In this document: positions 43,597-56,210 of the stretch, piece by piece | Layout of the letters: every line of letters begins with the position of its first letter | How positions within the stretch are numbered: position 1 is the stretch's first letter | Assembly: GCA_048213135.1 (NCBI GenBank) | Contig: PS015015.1 | Coordinates: forward strand, 158,925 to 222,924 | Source: Reclinomonas americana ATCC 50394 | Lineage: Eukaryota | Length of the DNA stretch: 64,000 bases | Reading direction: 5' to 3' | Translations under genes and position numbers: made by a program | The notes under the pieces: generated by a model | Database searches by the model: none | The model's input: only the letters and a program-made list of their open reading frames with translations | What the model was told of the DNA's origin: nothing

Positions 43597-46500
43597 TGGC
43601 GCAATCGGGATCTCAATGTGAATCTCGTTGAGGATGACCGTGTTGCGCTCGGTTCCGTAGCGACCCGTGTCGTACTCAATGGTGCCAAACACCACACTGG
43701 TCTCCGACGACGACACCTTCAAGTTGACCGACACCATCTGCTTGCCAAAGCCGGCAATGGTGTAACTCTGTGGCCGGTCCATGATCTTCAGATCGCCCAC
43801 CGTGTTCAACTCGACCGTCAGGTTCTGCAGCGTCTCGTTGGTCTGGTTGACCACCAACACCTGGAGCACGACAGGGGTGATCGGATGAGCACAAAAAGGG
43901 AAAGAAGGGAGAGCACACACGCACAGCACCTCCAGTGACACGTCGTACTCGCGCACAGTGACACAGGCCTCGGCATAGACAGGATCCGAGAAGCCCGTCA
44001 ACTGGGTGATGCGACCCAACCGATCAGTGAACTCGCTTGTCCGGTCACCGGCCTTGGCCTTTGTCATGTCTGCACGCAAACGTGAGACACGTAAAGCAAG
44101 TCGGGTTCAGAGATGCGCCATCAACACACCTTCTTCCTCATCCTCAACGTCCAACACACCCACATCCGCCTTGAGCTGGCGGAAGGCAATGACCTTGTCA
44201 GCAGGTGTGCCGACAGTGCTGTGAGAGTGCGGCGCGCGTCAGTCGGGAATGCAGAGGAGTGGAGAGCAACAACGGAAACACGGGTACGTACGTCTCGTCC
44301 TCCTTTTTGCCCTTCAGCGCCTGTTCCTCGCGCTCCTCTCGCGCGTGCAACCGCTCGTACATCAGATCCAGACCATGCATCGAGCCGTCGGTAATGATGC
44401 CTCTGCAACAGGGAAAAGAAAAGTGATGTGATGAAAACAGAATAGCGCGACGCTCAGGGCCTGGGAGGCAGTACGCACGCGACATCGGCGTCGTTCGGGT
44501 TCGCCAACATGCGCAGGCATCGGTACAAGTGGTCACGCGGATCCTCGTCCATCCTCTCCGGCACCAGCGACGAGTGGCCGAGGCGAATCATGGCGCTGAT
44601 GTACAGCATGACCTCGGTCAGCAAGCCATTGCGAATCTCCTCCGACAAGCCAATCCTGTAGGCCTTGAGGACCAGCTTGGTCAGCGCACTGGCCACACAT
44701 ACACTGGTGTAGTAGTCGGCCTCCAGGAGGTACGCTGCGGTGTGATGAATGAGCACCACACGACATGCAGCAACAAGCGTGCGAGACGCAACTGCGCAGG
44801 GTCTTCACAACCGCAGCAGCCGCCGCGGCCGCCGACGCTTCCTTGTCCACTGGTGTGCTGTCGGTGGCATATGTGCCGTCGGCCAACACACGAGTCTTGC
44901 GCGTGGTGATGCTCGGTGCACTCGAGGTTGTCGTGTGTCCACTGTGTGTCGAGCTGGCGTCGTCGTCGCGAGCAGCCGGATCCACTTCGCTGGTGAACGG
45001 AATGGGCCCGAGAGACTGCTTGATGGTGGTCACCGCCGCCATAATGTCGTGGTGCTCGCTGCTGAATGCAGCCAAAATCCACACCACCACACGGAACACC
45101 TTGGCAGTGGTGATGCTCGGGAACACAACGTGCAGCTTTTGGAGGATCGAANNNNNNNNNNNNNNNNNNNNNNNNNNNNNNNNNNNNNNNNNNNNNNNNN
45201 NNNNNNNNNNNNNNNNNNNNNNNNNNNNNNNNNNNNNNNNNNNNNNNNNNNNNNNNNNNNNNNNNNNNNNNNNNNNNNNNNNNNNNNNNNNNNNNNNTCA
45301 CGCAGCTCCGGGAAGCGATGCATGATTTCGCTGCGCGGCAGAGGGAAGTGAGCGACGTGCTTTTTGTGTGTGCGTACACAGAAATAGAAACACACAGACA
45401 GACCGCACAAAAAGCGCCACATCCAGGGCGGATGGGCTCGTATCGCCCAAAAAGTCCATCAGCAAGTGCACCACGCTGTGTGCCAACTCTGGGAATCGCA
45501 CCGCGCAGCGGTGGATGGTGCGGATGATCATTCTCCGGTACTCGGCCGCCTGTCGCCCATTGCACATGAGACAGGGGAATGTGCACGAGAGAAAAGAAGT
45601 ATGTATGTGTGCACATGCACGCAACTCCATCAATGGCTTCCGTTTGTGCCTTGCTGACCTCTTTCTTCAGGAACACCATCACCTCTTCCACGTTGCGCGA
45701 CGACACCAAGTCGAGCGCCACGTTGATGACTTTCTCGCGGATTTCCACATTCGGGCTGCGTGATAAATGTGTGTGAGTGAGGAGAGCGAGTTGTCAAGAT
45801 GGAACGACGCCTGCTTTACCGACCTTGCCACACCGCGCAAAATGTCCATCACCAAGTCCTCCATGACGACGCTGAATCGCTTCTTCATGTCTTGAATGCG
45901 GTCGAGAACAATCAGCTTGACGTTGTTGTCCGAGTGCTGCGGCATGACAACACATAAGCAACCAACATGTGAACAAGCAAAAAGGGGAGGCCGAAACTGT
46001 GGCCAACAACTGGCACAGAGTGGAGGCAGCAGCGCGGATTGAGGTCGGCGAGCGTGACATGGCCACCAGCGTAATGGCGGCCTGGTACACGACAGCATTC
46101 GACGGCGAGTTGAGCAAGTCAAACGTCATCTTCAAGTACCGTCCCTGTTCACGCGCTGGGTGTCAGCACCAACACAAAGGAAACCCACGACACACATATA
46201 TATAATCGCACACAAAACCTTGTCGGTGGGGTTGCTTCGGGCCAGCTTGCGCACGGCGTCGAGAACGACCAGCTGGAACTGCTCGCCGCCATTCTCCAGG
46301 TCAGAGATGCGCGAGCGCAGGTACTTGATCGCGCGGTCCTGCGCGCACTGGAACAGCATGATGAAAGCGTTGCGGCGGGCGCTGGCGTCGCTCTCACGAT
46401 CAGTGGACAGCGACTCCTCGGCCAGCTCGGCGGCCTCGGGGATCAGGTCGGGGTGTTGCCGGAAGATGGAGTACATGGCGAGCAGTGCATTCTTGCGCAC

Positions 46501-47346
46501 GTAGGCGTGGCGATGCGTCAGATTGATCTTGACCTCGGAGGCCAGCTCCTCTAGTAGCTCCACCTGGTCGACCTTGGAGAGGAAACGCAGCGTGGCGCCG
46601 CGCACGTACTCGTTGGGGTGGTTGAGATTCTTGCGAATGTGGTTGGAGACGAGAATGAGCTCAGGCAACAGCTTGCCATCCGCACTGGTCTTCCTGATCG
46701 ACTCCCAGTACAGCAGCAGAAGCTTCTGCAGCGTCTTGTCCTCCTGCATGATGAGCCACAAAAGAGTGAGCGCAAATTGGGTAACACGCATCAAGTTCAC
46801 GCGCGCACACACATGCACACCAAGGACAGCGTGGTCTCCACACTCACGACAGGCGTGTGGTGTGGAGAGAGGGGGAGGACAAGAGGAAGATGAAGAAGAA
46901 GAGAAAGACAGTGTGTGCGTGCGCGCGAAAAATGGCGCGCCCCCAAACACACGCACGCAGGCACGCACACTCACGCTCGTCGCCCACAGGTACACTGACG
47001 ACGCACACACGCACATACACATACACACGCGCACGTATCACACACACAAAAGCAAAAGCAAGGGACACACTCAAGATTTACACACACGTGTCAAGCTCTC
47101 TTGCCTCCCACCCTCCCTCTCTCGCTCTCATGCTACCCACTCAACTCGAGGCATGACGTTCTGGATGATGGGCATCAACAGCTGCTGCACCCGCTCGCCC
47201 TGCAGCAGCAGCGTCAGGATACGACGCATGGCCACCACTCGCTCAGCATCCGAGCCCGTCTCAATCGTCTTGCGCAGCTCCTGCGTCGATGGCGGGTCGG
47301 TGTCCCGCGGCAACAGCAGAGTGCATGCACCGTCGTAGAGTGCCAT
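43597..47346 (-). CDS. COPB1: Coatomer subunit beta (beta-COP), 3' end in gap
   Basis: KLLLLYWE..GKLLPELILV..LNHPNEYVRGATLRFL..HRHAYVRKNA, SDNNVKLIVLDR, TRVLADGTYAT, and QLTGFSDPVYAEA..NQTNETLQNLTVEL.T.GDLK. Confidence 0.96.
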
Positions 47347-47441
47347 ATCTCCACAGCACACAGCGCAAACAGAAGACTAGACAGAGTGGGGTACAATTTA
47401 CTCGCGNNNNNNNNNNNNNNNNNNNNNNNNNNNNNNNNNNN

Positions 47442-48325
47442 GGGAGCAAGGTCACGCGGCACCTGGACGGCATGTTGCATGTGTTGTCGACGGGCGACGA
47501 GCGACCGCGACTCGTGCATCGACTCGACAAAGACGCCAGTGGGTGCATTGTGGTGGCGCGCAGTCGCGAGGCGGCGGCGTACCTTGCGCGGTGGTTCACG
47601 TACACACGGCCCGATGCGGCCACCATTCTCAACAACCGCGACGCCACCGATTCACTCTTTTCGGTGGTGCGTCGGGGCTCCTATCGCCGAGTGCCGGTGG
47701 ACGAGGCCGCCTCGCTGCTGTACATCAAGAAGCGCTACTGGGCGTTTGTGAGTGGCGCACCCGAGGTGTCGGAGGGGAGAATACGAGCGCCGTTGCAGAA
47801 GGGTGTGTGTGTGTGTGTCGGTAGCAGTGTGAGCAACGTGAGCGACGATGAGTTGACTCTTATTATCACACAGTGGCCACGACCGATGGAGGCCGCGGTG
47901 GTGAGCAAATGATGGTGGTGTCGGAGGACGCCGGTCAGTTTGCCGTCAGCGAGTATCGCGTGATGGACCGGGCGGGGAAGCAGGTGTGTTGGCGATGGAC
48001 AAGGGGGGAAAAGGATGAAATGGAAAGGCTCATCGGGCTGCGTCAGGGCGCCTGGCTTGAATTGTCGCCACTCACCGGGCGCACGCACCAACTGAGAGTC
48101 CACACGGCGTCGGTGCTGCGGTGCCCGATTGTCGGCGATCACAAGTACGGTCTCGGAGTGCCGCCAGGGCTGCGCGAAGCCTGTCCGCAGCCGATCCTGC
48201 AACTGCATTCGCGCCAGATCATCCTGCCGTACCGCAACGCAGCCGGTGAGTTCCTGTGCGTGACGGCACCGTTGCCGCAGCACATGCGCCACACCTGGAA
48301 GTACTTTGGGTTTGAGCTAGATTAA
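47442..48325 (+). CDS. RluA/RPUSD-family pseudouridine synthase (5' end in gap)
   Basis: Catalytic motif LVHRLDKDASG, KRYWAFVSG, and LSPLTGRTHQLRVH..PIVGDHKYG..LQLHS. Ends TAA at 48325. Confidence 0.92.
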
Positions 48326-48375
48326 AAGTCATGATGCATTCGTCACACACTTGTTGAAAACTGGGTGCTGCAGTC

Positions 48376-48447
48376 GGCCGTTTGGTCTAGTGGTATGATT
48401 CGCCGTTCGGGTCGGTGAGGTCCTGGGTTCAATTCCCAGAACGGCCC
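48376..48447 (+). tRNA. tRNA-Pro(CGG)
   Basis: GGCCGTT/AACGGCC acceptor stem, D arm TGGTCTAGTGGTATGATT, anticodon arm CGCCG-TTCGGGT-CGGTG, T arm CTGGG-TTCAATT-CCCAG, followed by T-run Pol III terminators. Confidence 0.93.
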
Positions 48448-48861
48448 TGCTTTTTTTGCGCTTTTTTTATTTCTCTGCGCTCGTCGTATATCACTCACTG
48501 CTCTGTACTGCATGTAACAAAGTCGCGAGAAACATGCAAAAAACAAATGCACGCGAAAGAGAAAGAGAAAAAACAAAAGATATCGAATGTTCGGATTCTT
48601 GTGCTTCCACTCTGCCTTCGTTTCCCTTCTTCACACACTTCTTCTCACTCTCTCATCACTACGTACCCTATGCATCCACCCTTGAATTCGACGAGAGGCA
48701 AAAAAGAGACGAGGAAACAGAAGAAATCCGAACATCGATATTGTTTTCTTTCTCTTTCGCGTGCATTTTTTTGCATGTTTCTCGCGACTTTGTTGCATGC
48801 AGTACAGAGCAGTGAGCGATACGACGAGCGCAGAGGAATAAAAAAAGCGCAAAAAGAAAGA

Positions 48862-48933
48862 GGGCCGTTCTGGGAATTGAACCCAGGACCTCACCGACCC
48901 GAACGGCGAATCATACCACTAGACCAAACGGCC
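48862..48933 (-). tRNA. tRNA-Pro(CGG), identical second copy
   Basis: Exact reverse complement of 48376-48447, with its own T-runs downstream. Confidence 0.93.
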
Positions 48934-49143
48934 GACTCCAACTTCCGAACCTGCGCAGCGCCAACGTGCGTTGACGGGGCAGAGCTCAGTGTCTCTTGCT
49001 ATTGCTACGAGCACGACCAGCACTCGCAGACACCACGCACACTCAGCGATTGAAAGAGTAGCACATTGTACACCAAAACACGACATCCACACATTAATCT
49101 GTCCAATTGCTCGACACCAAACAACATTCACACATTCACACCC

Positions 49144-49477
49144 ATGCAGTCGCGCACGGCATTGGCAGTGGCCCTTGTTGTGGCCGCCCTTCTGGCGGTG
49201 CTCATCGGCAGCACGTCGACACTCGCCTCGCCGGCCTCCGCCAATCTCTTCATGAACGTGGGGTCGAGTGGCGAGACCGCGCTTCCGAAGGGAGTCGGTT
49301 CGTGGGAAGAGTTCCTCGAGAAGCTGCTGGAGCATGCTGAGGAGGTGAGGCGGGAAGGGAGGAGAATGGAGGGAGGGAGAAGGGAGAGGGAGAAGGGAGG
49401 GGGTGTGAGAAGGGGACAGGGGGTCTTCTTATTTGTGTCATGAAGCGCTCGGAGTGTGAATGTGTGATACACAGAGA

Positions 49478-49512
<35 letters not shown>

Positions 49513-52500
49513 ATACACAGGAGAGAGTGTGTGTATGAGAGAGACAGAGAGTATTCTCTCTGGGGGTCGGATGATTGACCGCATTTCCGCAGATCAAGAC
49601 CTTTATCGAGCGCATCACGGACCTCAAGCGCTTCCAGTACGCCGAGGTGTGTGTGGCTCCTTGTCGCCGTACAACCGCCTCCTCTTCTCACTCCTCTGCC
49701 CGCAGGACTGTGTCAAGCTGTACTCGGAGGCCACGGCCACAGATTGGTCCGTGCGCGCCATCATTGTCGATCGCAAGCCGGTCGTGCAGACCGACTTGTA
49801 TGAGACTCAGGTCGGCACTCGTGGTACTGGCGTTGCTCTCATCTGCCGCTTACTTTGTTTTCTTTCGCCGCAGCTGCTCCTCGAGCAAACCGACACCCAC
49901 ATGTCGCAGATGGTCAATCTGTTCATGAATGAGAAGCCGCAGCTGACACTGGATCACTACGTGGTGGTGCCGGAGGTGTGTGTGTGTGGCGTGAGATGCT
50001 CCAGCATTGTACACTCGCCTTGGCGATTCACTGTGCGGTGCTGTGCAGAGCGACGAGCTGTGCGACGGCTTGTCGAAGGACTATGGTTGCATCTGCAACA
50101 CTCTCGGCCACTGCCAGACCGGCACCATGAAGGCCGATCCGTGGACCCGGGCGGTCCGTCTTCTCGCGCACACTCGCTTGCTTGCTTGCGTCTTCAGCTG
50201 ATGTCGTTGCTGGATGCAGGCCGTCGACTTCCAGTTCTTCGAGCTCGGTCGCAACCGCACTCTCAATCAAGTGCAGTGGATGCAGGTGCGTTCCAGTCTC
50301 TCTCGTGTCTGTCCCTGCTTGCTCATCGACTCACCGTCATCCTGTCATGGTATGCAGTCGCACAATGCCTACAACACACGGTTCGTCGCATGCGGAAACA
50401 AGGCGTCTGTTGTGTGGACGCTCTCTCATTCTTTCTTTCATCCCATTGCTCAGTGCCAACGGTTACGGTCTGGAGGACAACCTGTGGGGCGGCATCTTCT
50501 CGATCATTGCTCCAGGCGAGCAGATCATTGTCGCCAACCACGAGGTTTGTTCTGCTGTGTTCTTTGCAGAGCATGTTGTTGTCGATGCTCATCTCTCGCA
50601 TGCTTCAGTTCTCGTTGACCGATCAGCTCAACGCCGGTGTGCGTGCGCTGGAGTTCGATCCGCACTGGTTCAACGGCAAGATCCGCCTGTTGCGTTCCGG
50701 TTGTGGTCGACTCTGTTATAGCGGTTGTTTCTCACAAGATTGTGTTATCTTTCGGTTGCAGGTGCCACTCTGGTGTGTATGTTCTTCACGTCGCTCTGTT
50801 GCTGCTGCGGCGTCTGGTGCTTACTTGTAATACGTTCTCCACAGGTATTCCCGACATTGCATGGGTCGACAAGCTGGTGGCCGTGATCTCCAAGATCATC
50901 GGTCGCCCGATTGACTGGTGCACCACGGAAGTTGCGTGGGCTTCTCGTTCACTTTCCACGCCCATCAGTTGTCTCACTCCCAATGCCCTGCGACGCAGTT
51001 GGTCTGTGGTCTGTGGGATCGCCCGTACGCTGATGGCATTGCCGAGGTGGCCGACTGGTTGAAGAAGCCCGAGAACCAGCACGAGATCATCAACTTTTAC
51101 TTTGAGAATCGTTGCGTCGACAGTGTCTCGTCGTGTGCAGTATGCTCACCACTGACATTTCCCTGTGTATGGTGATGCAGACTACCGGTTCACATTTGGC
51201 AAGGTGCGGATGCAGTCATTTATCTTCCATCGCTCTCGCCGTCACTTACACCTCATCCCGCACAGAACGACCTGATCAACAACCCCATCCGCGATCACTT
51301 GGGCGACCTGGTGTACACACCGGCCGATCGTGCCGCGCAGTTTGGCAACAACACCGAGTTGAGTTCCACTTTCATCAACGGATGTTGCAGCATCTGATAC
51401 CAACTCGTGCTCTCGCGCAGCAAGTGGCCGACGGTGCAGCAAATGATTGACATGGGCAAGCGTGTGGTGATTGGCACGAATGACGACACCAACGGTGGCG
51501 TGTACGTGCACCAAAACTTCTGGACGGAGTGGGGCATTGATGACCTCGCCAAGGATCCGTTCCCACACTGCCTCGGCGCCAATGAGACCATGTGGTCTCG
51601 TATCGTTGTGTCTCTTGCCTCGTAGTCATGCCTTTCTCCGGGAGTGTGTTCGCTGACTCGTAGCTGCTTCCGTTTTGCAGTACGGCACTCACTTGTGCTA
51701 CCCGGTAAGTAACAAGGAAGGGCAATGGAGCTGTGGCAACGAGTTGCTCACTCGCGCTGCCTTCTGATATGCAGCCCGTCGAGGAGTCCGGCTGCAAGCC
51801 CCCGTATCCCGAGTCCTTCTTCCCGGAGCGCGTTCCATGGGTTGCGTCTTGCTCTCTCTCTCTCTCTCNNNNNNNNNNNNNNNNNNNNTCTCTCTCTCTC
51901 TCTCTCTCCGCTCGTTTATGTGAGTCTGACATGAACCCATGCACACAGGCCACTGACTGCGGTGCGCTTGCTCGTCACCATCCCGGTTGACACGATCGTC
52001 GGTTGCTGAACCTTTCTCCTTTTCTCTTGTTGCAGGTATCACGTGGATTGGCTGGGATCGCACGTCGCCGGGTGTGTTCTTTTTCTCGCCAGCTTTCCTC
52101 TGAGTCCGTCTGCGTTTGCTAACCTGTCGAGTTGCGTTTCAGCGCTGACTGCGGGTGGCATTTGGAGCTGGGCGCCAGGAGAGCCCCGTCTCAGTTTCGT
52201 CAAGAGTGTGTGGCCTGTGCATTTCCACGATTCCATCCTCTCACTGCCCTCGTGCGCCTGTCGACAGCCAACGCCTGTGTGGTCATGGACTCGACGAGCC
52301 ACTGGATCACTGCCCCGTGCTCCTCCCTCTCGACCCCCTACCGCGCCTGCCGCAACCTCCAGAACGACCTGCAGTGGACCGTCGGCAGTGGGTGAGTTCT
52401 CCACAAGAAGAAATCTGCTGCGGTCCTCTTTGCTAACTCGTTGCCCCTCGCAGTTCCTGCCCGTCTGGCTTTGTCTTCGACACACCGGTCAGTGGCAAGC

Positions 52501-52574
52501 AGAACCACATTCTGTGGCTGTCGGCCTCCCAGTCGCAGCAGGCTGCCGGCATTCTGCTGCCGTGGCGCACCTGA
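49144..52574 (+). CDS. Secreted PI-PLC-like (PLC X-box/TIM-barrel phosphodiesterase, Rv2075c-like) protein, copy A
   Basis: Signal peptide, SHNAYN, NHEFSLTDQLNAGVRALEFDPHW..RLCHS, WLKKPENQHEII.FYFE, WPTVQQMIDMGKRVV, and Cys-rich C-terminus WSWAPGEP..ACVVM..W...C. About 20 introns. Confidence 0.8.
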
Positions 52575-52783
52575 AAGCTGAATTCTCTGCCAAGTCGGAA
52601 GTGACGCATACGCCTGCGTTGTAACTTTTTCCTCTCTCTCTCTCTCTCCATCCCCACTGTTGTTGTTCGTTCCATCTATTCTCTCCCGCTATGCGCCACC
52701 CCGACAATCGTTTCCTGAGTTAATGATCATCATCACGCGAAGTGCTTTTGAGTTGTCCCGCACCACACCCTGAGTGAGACAGA

Positions 52784-55700
52784 ATGTCACGCGCACTGCT
52801 TGTGGGTGCCGTGGCGGCCGCCGCCTTGCTGGTGATGCTCGTCAGCTCATTCATGGCTGCGCCGGTCTCCGCCTCGATGGTGATGAATGCGGCGAGCCGC
52901 ACACCGCTGTCGACCAGCATTTTCGGATCGTGGGAAGAGTTCCTGGCCAAGCTAATTGAACACGCCGATGAGGTAGTTGGCACACACACACACACAAGGA
53001 TGTGCTCGAGCGATAGAGAGAGAGAGGGAGAGATCACAGGCTTTATGTGCGTGCATTCATCACAAGATCCATCCAGCATTGATCCGCGATTGATCCCCCA
53101 CGTGTCTCACTCTTGCCCTATTGACTCTCCTTTTATGACATCCACTCGACTCACGCGGTAGTTCTCCTCCCGACAGATCAAGTCGTTCATTGAGCGCATC
53201 ACTGATCGCAAGCGCTTCCAGTACGCTGAGGTGATCTGAATAGATCCGTGTGTGTGGTGAGTTCGTGTGAGCTGACTCCGCGTGCTCAGGACTGTGTCAA
53301 GCTGTACTCGGAGGCCACGGCCACAGATTGGTCCGTGCGCGCCATCATCGTCGATCGCAAGCCGGTCGTGCAGACCGACTTGTATGAGACTCAGGTCGGC
53401 ATTGGTGGTTGCAGGGTTGCTCTCATCGATCATCGATTGCTCACTTTGCTTCCTTCCACCGCAGCTGCTCCTCGAGCAAACCGCAACGCACATGTCACAG
53501 CTGGTCAACCTGTTCATGAAAGAGAAGCCGCAGTTGACGCTGGATCACTACATTGTCGTACCCGAGGTTTGCGAGTGAGACGCACTCCGCACTCGTGCAG
53601 CGCCATCTCAACCTCCTTGCGGGCAGAGCGATGAGCTGTGCGACGGGTTGTCTAAGGACTATGGTTGCATCTGCAACACTCTTGGTCACTGCCAGACTGG
53701 CACCATGAAGGCCGATCCGTGGATCCGAGCGGTCAGTATTCTCGCGCACACTCACGTGCTTGCTTGTGTCTTCAGCTGAAGTCGTTGCTGGGTGCAGGCT
53801 GTGGACTTCCAGTTCTTCGAGCTCGGCCGCAACCGCACTCTCAACCAAGTGCAGTGGATGCAGGTACGCTGCTTCAATGCGGTGGATGTGCATCTGGTGT
53901 TGTGACATTAACCGCGATGCATGTCACTTGCAGTCGCACAACGCCTACAACACGCGGTTTGTCGTGAGAGAAAGCCGCGTGCGTTCCACAAGACTCCACT
54001 CTTATTCTTCCTTTCGTCGTATCACGCAGTGCCAACGGGTACGGTCTGGAGGACAACCTGTGGGGTGGCATCTTCTCAATCATTTCTCCGGGCGAGGACA
54101 TTATCATTGCGAATCACGAGGTCTGCTCGTGTCGACTTGTCTCATCGCATGAACAGCAAAACTGACCAGAGTACTCGGCTGTGGCAGTTCTCGTTGACCG
54201 ACCAGCTCAACGCCGGTGTGCGTGCGCTGGAGTTCGATCCGCACTGGTTCAACGGCAAGATCCGCTTGTTGCGTTCTGATGTTGTCTGCTGCCCCTCTGC
54301 TTTCGTGCTCTTACCGTTGCAGCTGTCCGTAGGTGCCACTCCGGTCCGTGAACATTCTTCTCATCGCAGGCTGTCCTCGAGTTATTGACACCCTTTGCAG
54401 GCATTCCCGATGTCAAGTGGGTCGACAAGCTGGTTGCGGTTCTCTCCAAAATCATCGGTCGCCCGATTGATTGGTGCACCACCGAAGTTGTGTGAGCTTC
54501 TCGTTCACTTCTTGTTCCCGTCAATTGTCTCACCTCAACGCAGTTGGTGTGTGGTCTGTGGGATCGCCCGTACGCTGATGGCATTGCCGAGGTGGCCGAC
54601 TGGTTGAAGAAGCCCGAGAACCAGCACGAGATCATCAACTTTTACTTTGAGAATCGTTGCGTCGACAGTGTCTCGTCTTGTGCAGCATGCTCAACACTGA
54701 CACTTCTCTGTGCATGGTGATGCAGACTACCGGTTCACGTTTGGCAAGGTGCGGATGCAGTCATATATCTCCCTTTTCTTTGCCGTCACTCACGCCTCCT
54801 TGTGCACAGAACGACCTGATCAACAACCCCATCCGCGATTACTTGGGCGACCTGGTGTACACACCGGCCGATCGTGCCGCGCAGTTTGGCAACAACACTG
54901 AGTTGCGTTCCACTTTCATCAATGGATGTTGCAGCATCTGATACCAACTCGTGCTCTCGTGCAGCAAGTGGCCGACGGTGCAGCAAATGATTGACATGGG
55001 CAAGCGTGTGGTGATTGGCACGAATGACGACACCAACGGTGGTGTGTACGTGCACCAGAACTTCTGGACCGAGTGGGGTGTCAACGCCCTGGCCAACAGC
55101 CCGTACCCCACGTGCCTCAACACCAATGAGACCATGTGGTCTCGTATCGTTGCGTCACCCCCCCCCCCAGCGCTTGTCCGTGTGCACTGCACTGCTTACA
55201 CATCTTCCGCAATGCAGTTCGGCTCCTATTTGTGCTACCCGGTGCGTGCTAGCGCGATGTGCGACGACTCGTTTGTTGTTCGTGACTCACGTTGTTGTCG
55301 TGCAGCCGATTGAGGACTCTGGCTGCAAGGCGCCATATCCCGACTCGTTCTTCCCGGAGCGCGTGCCCTGGGTTGCGTCTCGCACTCCTGTTTCCACGAT
55401 GTTGCTGCTGTTTCTCTTCTCATTCTTGTCATGTTCACAGGCCACGCAATGCGGTTTGTCTCCGTGTCCACCCTGCTGCTGACTTGCGCCATCGCTCACC
55501 AATTTTTGTAGGCATCACTTGGATTGGGTGGGATCGCACATCGCCAGGTACCACTCTCGCGGGTGGGGCGAACGTAGCAGCTAATGGTGTCTTACTCTCT
55601 CGCTGTGCAGCACTAACGGCCGCCGGCATCTGGTCGTGGGCGCCAGGCGAGCCTCGTCTCTGTTGCGTGCAATTACCAGCTCATTTTATCTGTATGTCGC

Positions 55701-56032
55701 CATGACCTCACTCGTCTCGCAAAGCCAACGCCTGTGTGGTCATGGACTCCACCAGTCGCTGGGTGACCATTCCATGTGCGTCGGCGCCGACCGACGTGGC
55801 CTGTCGCAACATCGATAACGATTTGGATTGGGTCGTGAGCAGTCGGTGAGCCGCGAGAGGACGCTGACTCACAGTTTCCTGCGCCCTCACGCCCCGTTCA
55901 TGGTACAGATCGTGCCCCGCCGGCTACGTATTCGACACGCCGGTCAGCGGCAAGCACAATCACGCACTGTGGTTGGCCGCCACCACCTCGCAAAAGGCCA
56001 CCGGGATCCTGCTGGCCTGGCGCACCACCTGA
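52784..56032 (+). CDS. Secreted PI-PLC-like protein, tandem copy B
   Basis: Same exon structure and motifs as copy A, with a diverged signal peptide and C-terminal exons. Ends WRTT-TGA. Confidence 0.8.
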
Positions 56033-56210
56033 AGTTGGCTCTTCTTGCTTCCGTTTCCTTGTATACTTTGAGTAGCGCTCGCCAGTAGCCTGGCGCAGCT
56101 TCCCTTAATTGTCGTTGTCAGTAAACGCCGACGTCGTCACATCTGATGCATGCATGCATGTCTCGTCGTGTCCCATGAACTCCTTCCTTTCCGTCCTGCC
56201 TGTCTGCGCG

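Larger units (their letters stand above)
48372..48937. repeat. Long inverted repeat (arms ~48372-48600 and ~48721-48937, ~120-bp spacer) carrying both tRNAs
   Basis: Arms align through the tRNA and ~150 bp of 3' flank (ctctgcgctcgtcgtat..ctcactgctctgtactgcatg.aacaaagtcgcgagaaacatgcaaaaaa..tgttcggatt). Confidence 0.92.

Noticed and set aside
21021-48325. Functional cluster of RNA-processing genes (SNUPN, LSM8, SMG7-like, RluA)
   Set aside because: They are interspersed with unrelated housekeeping genes, which is expected by chance in a compact genome.
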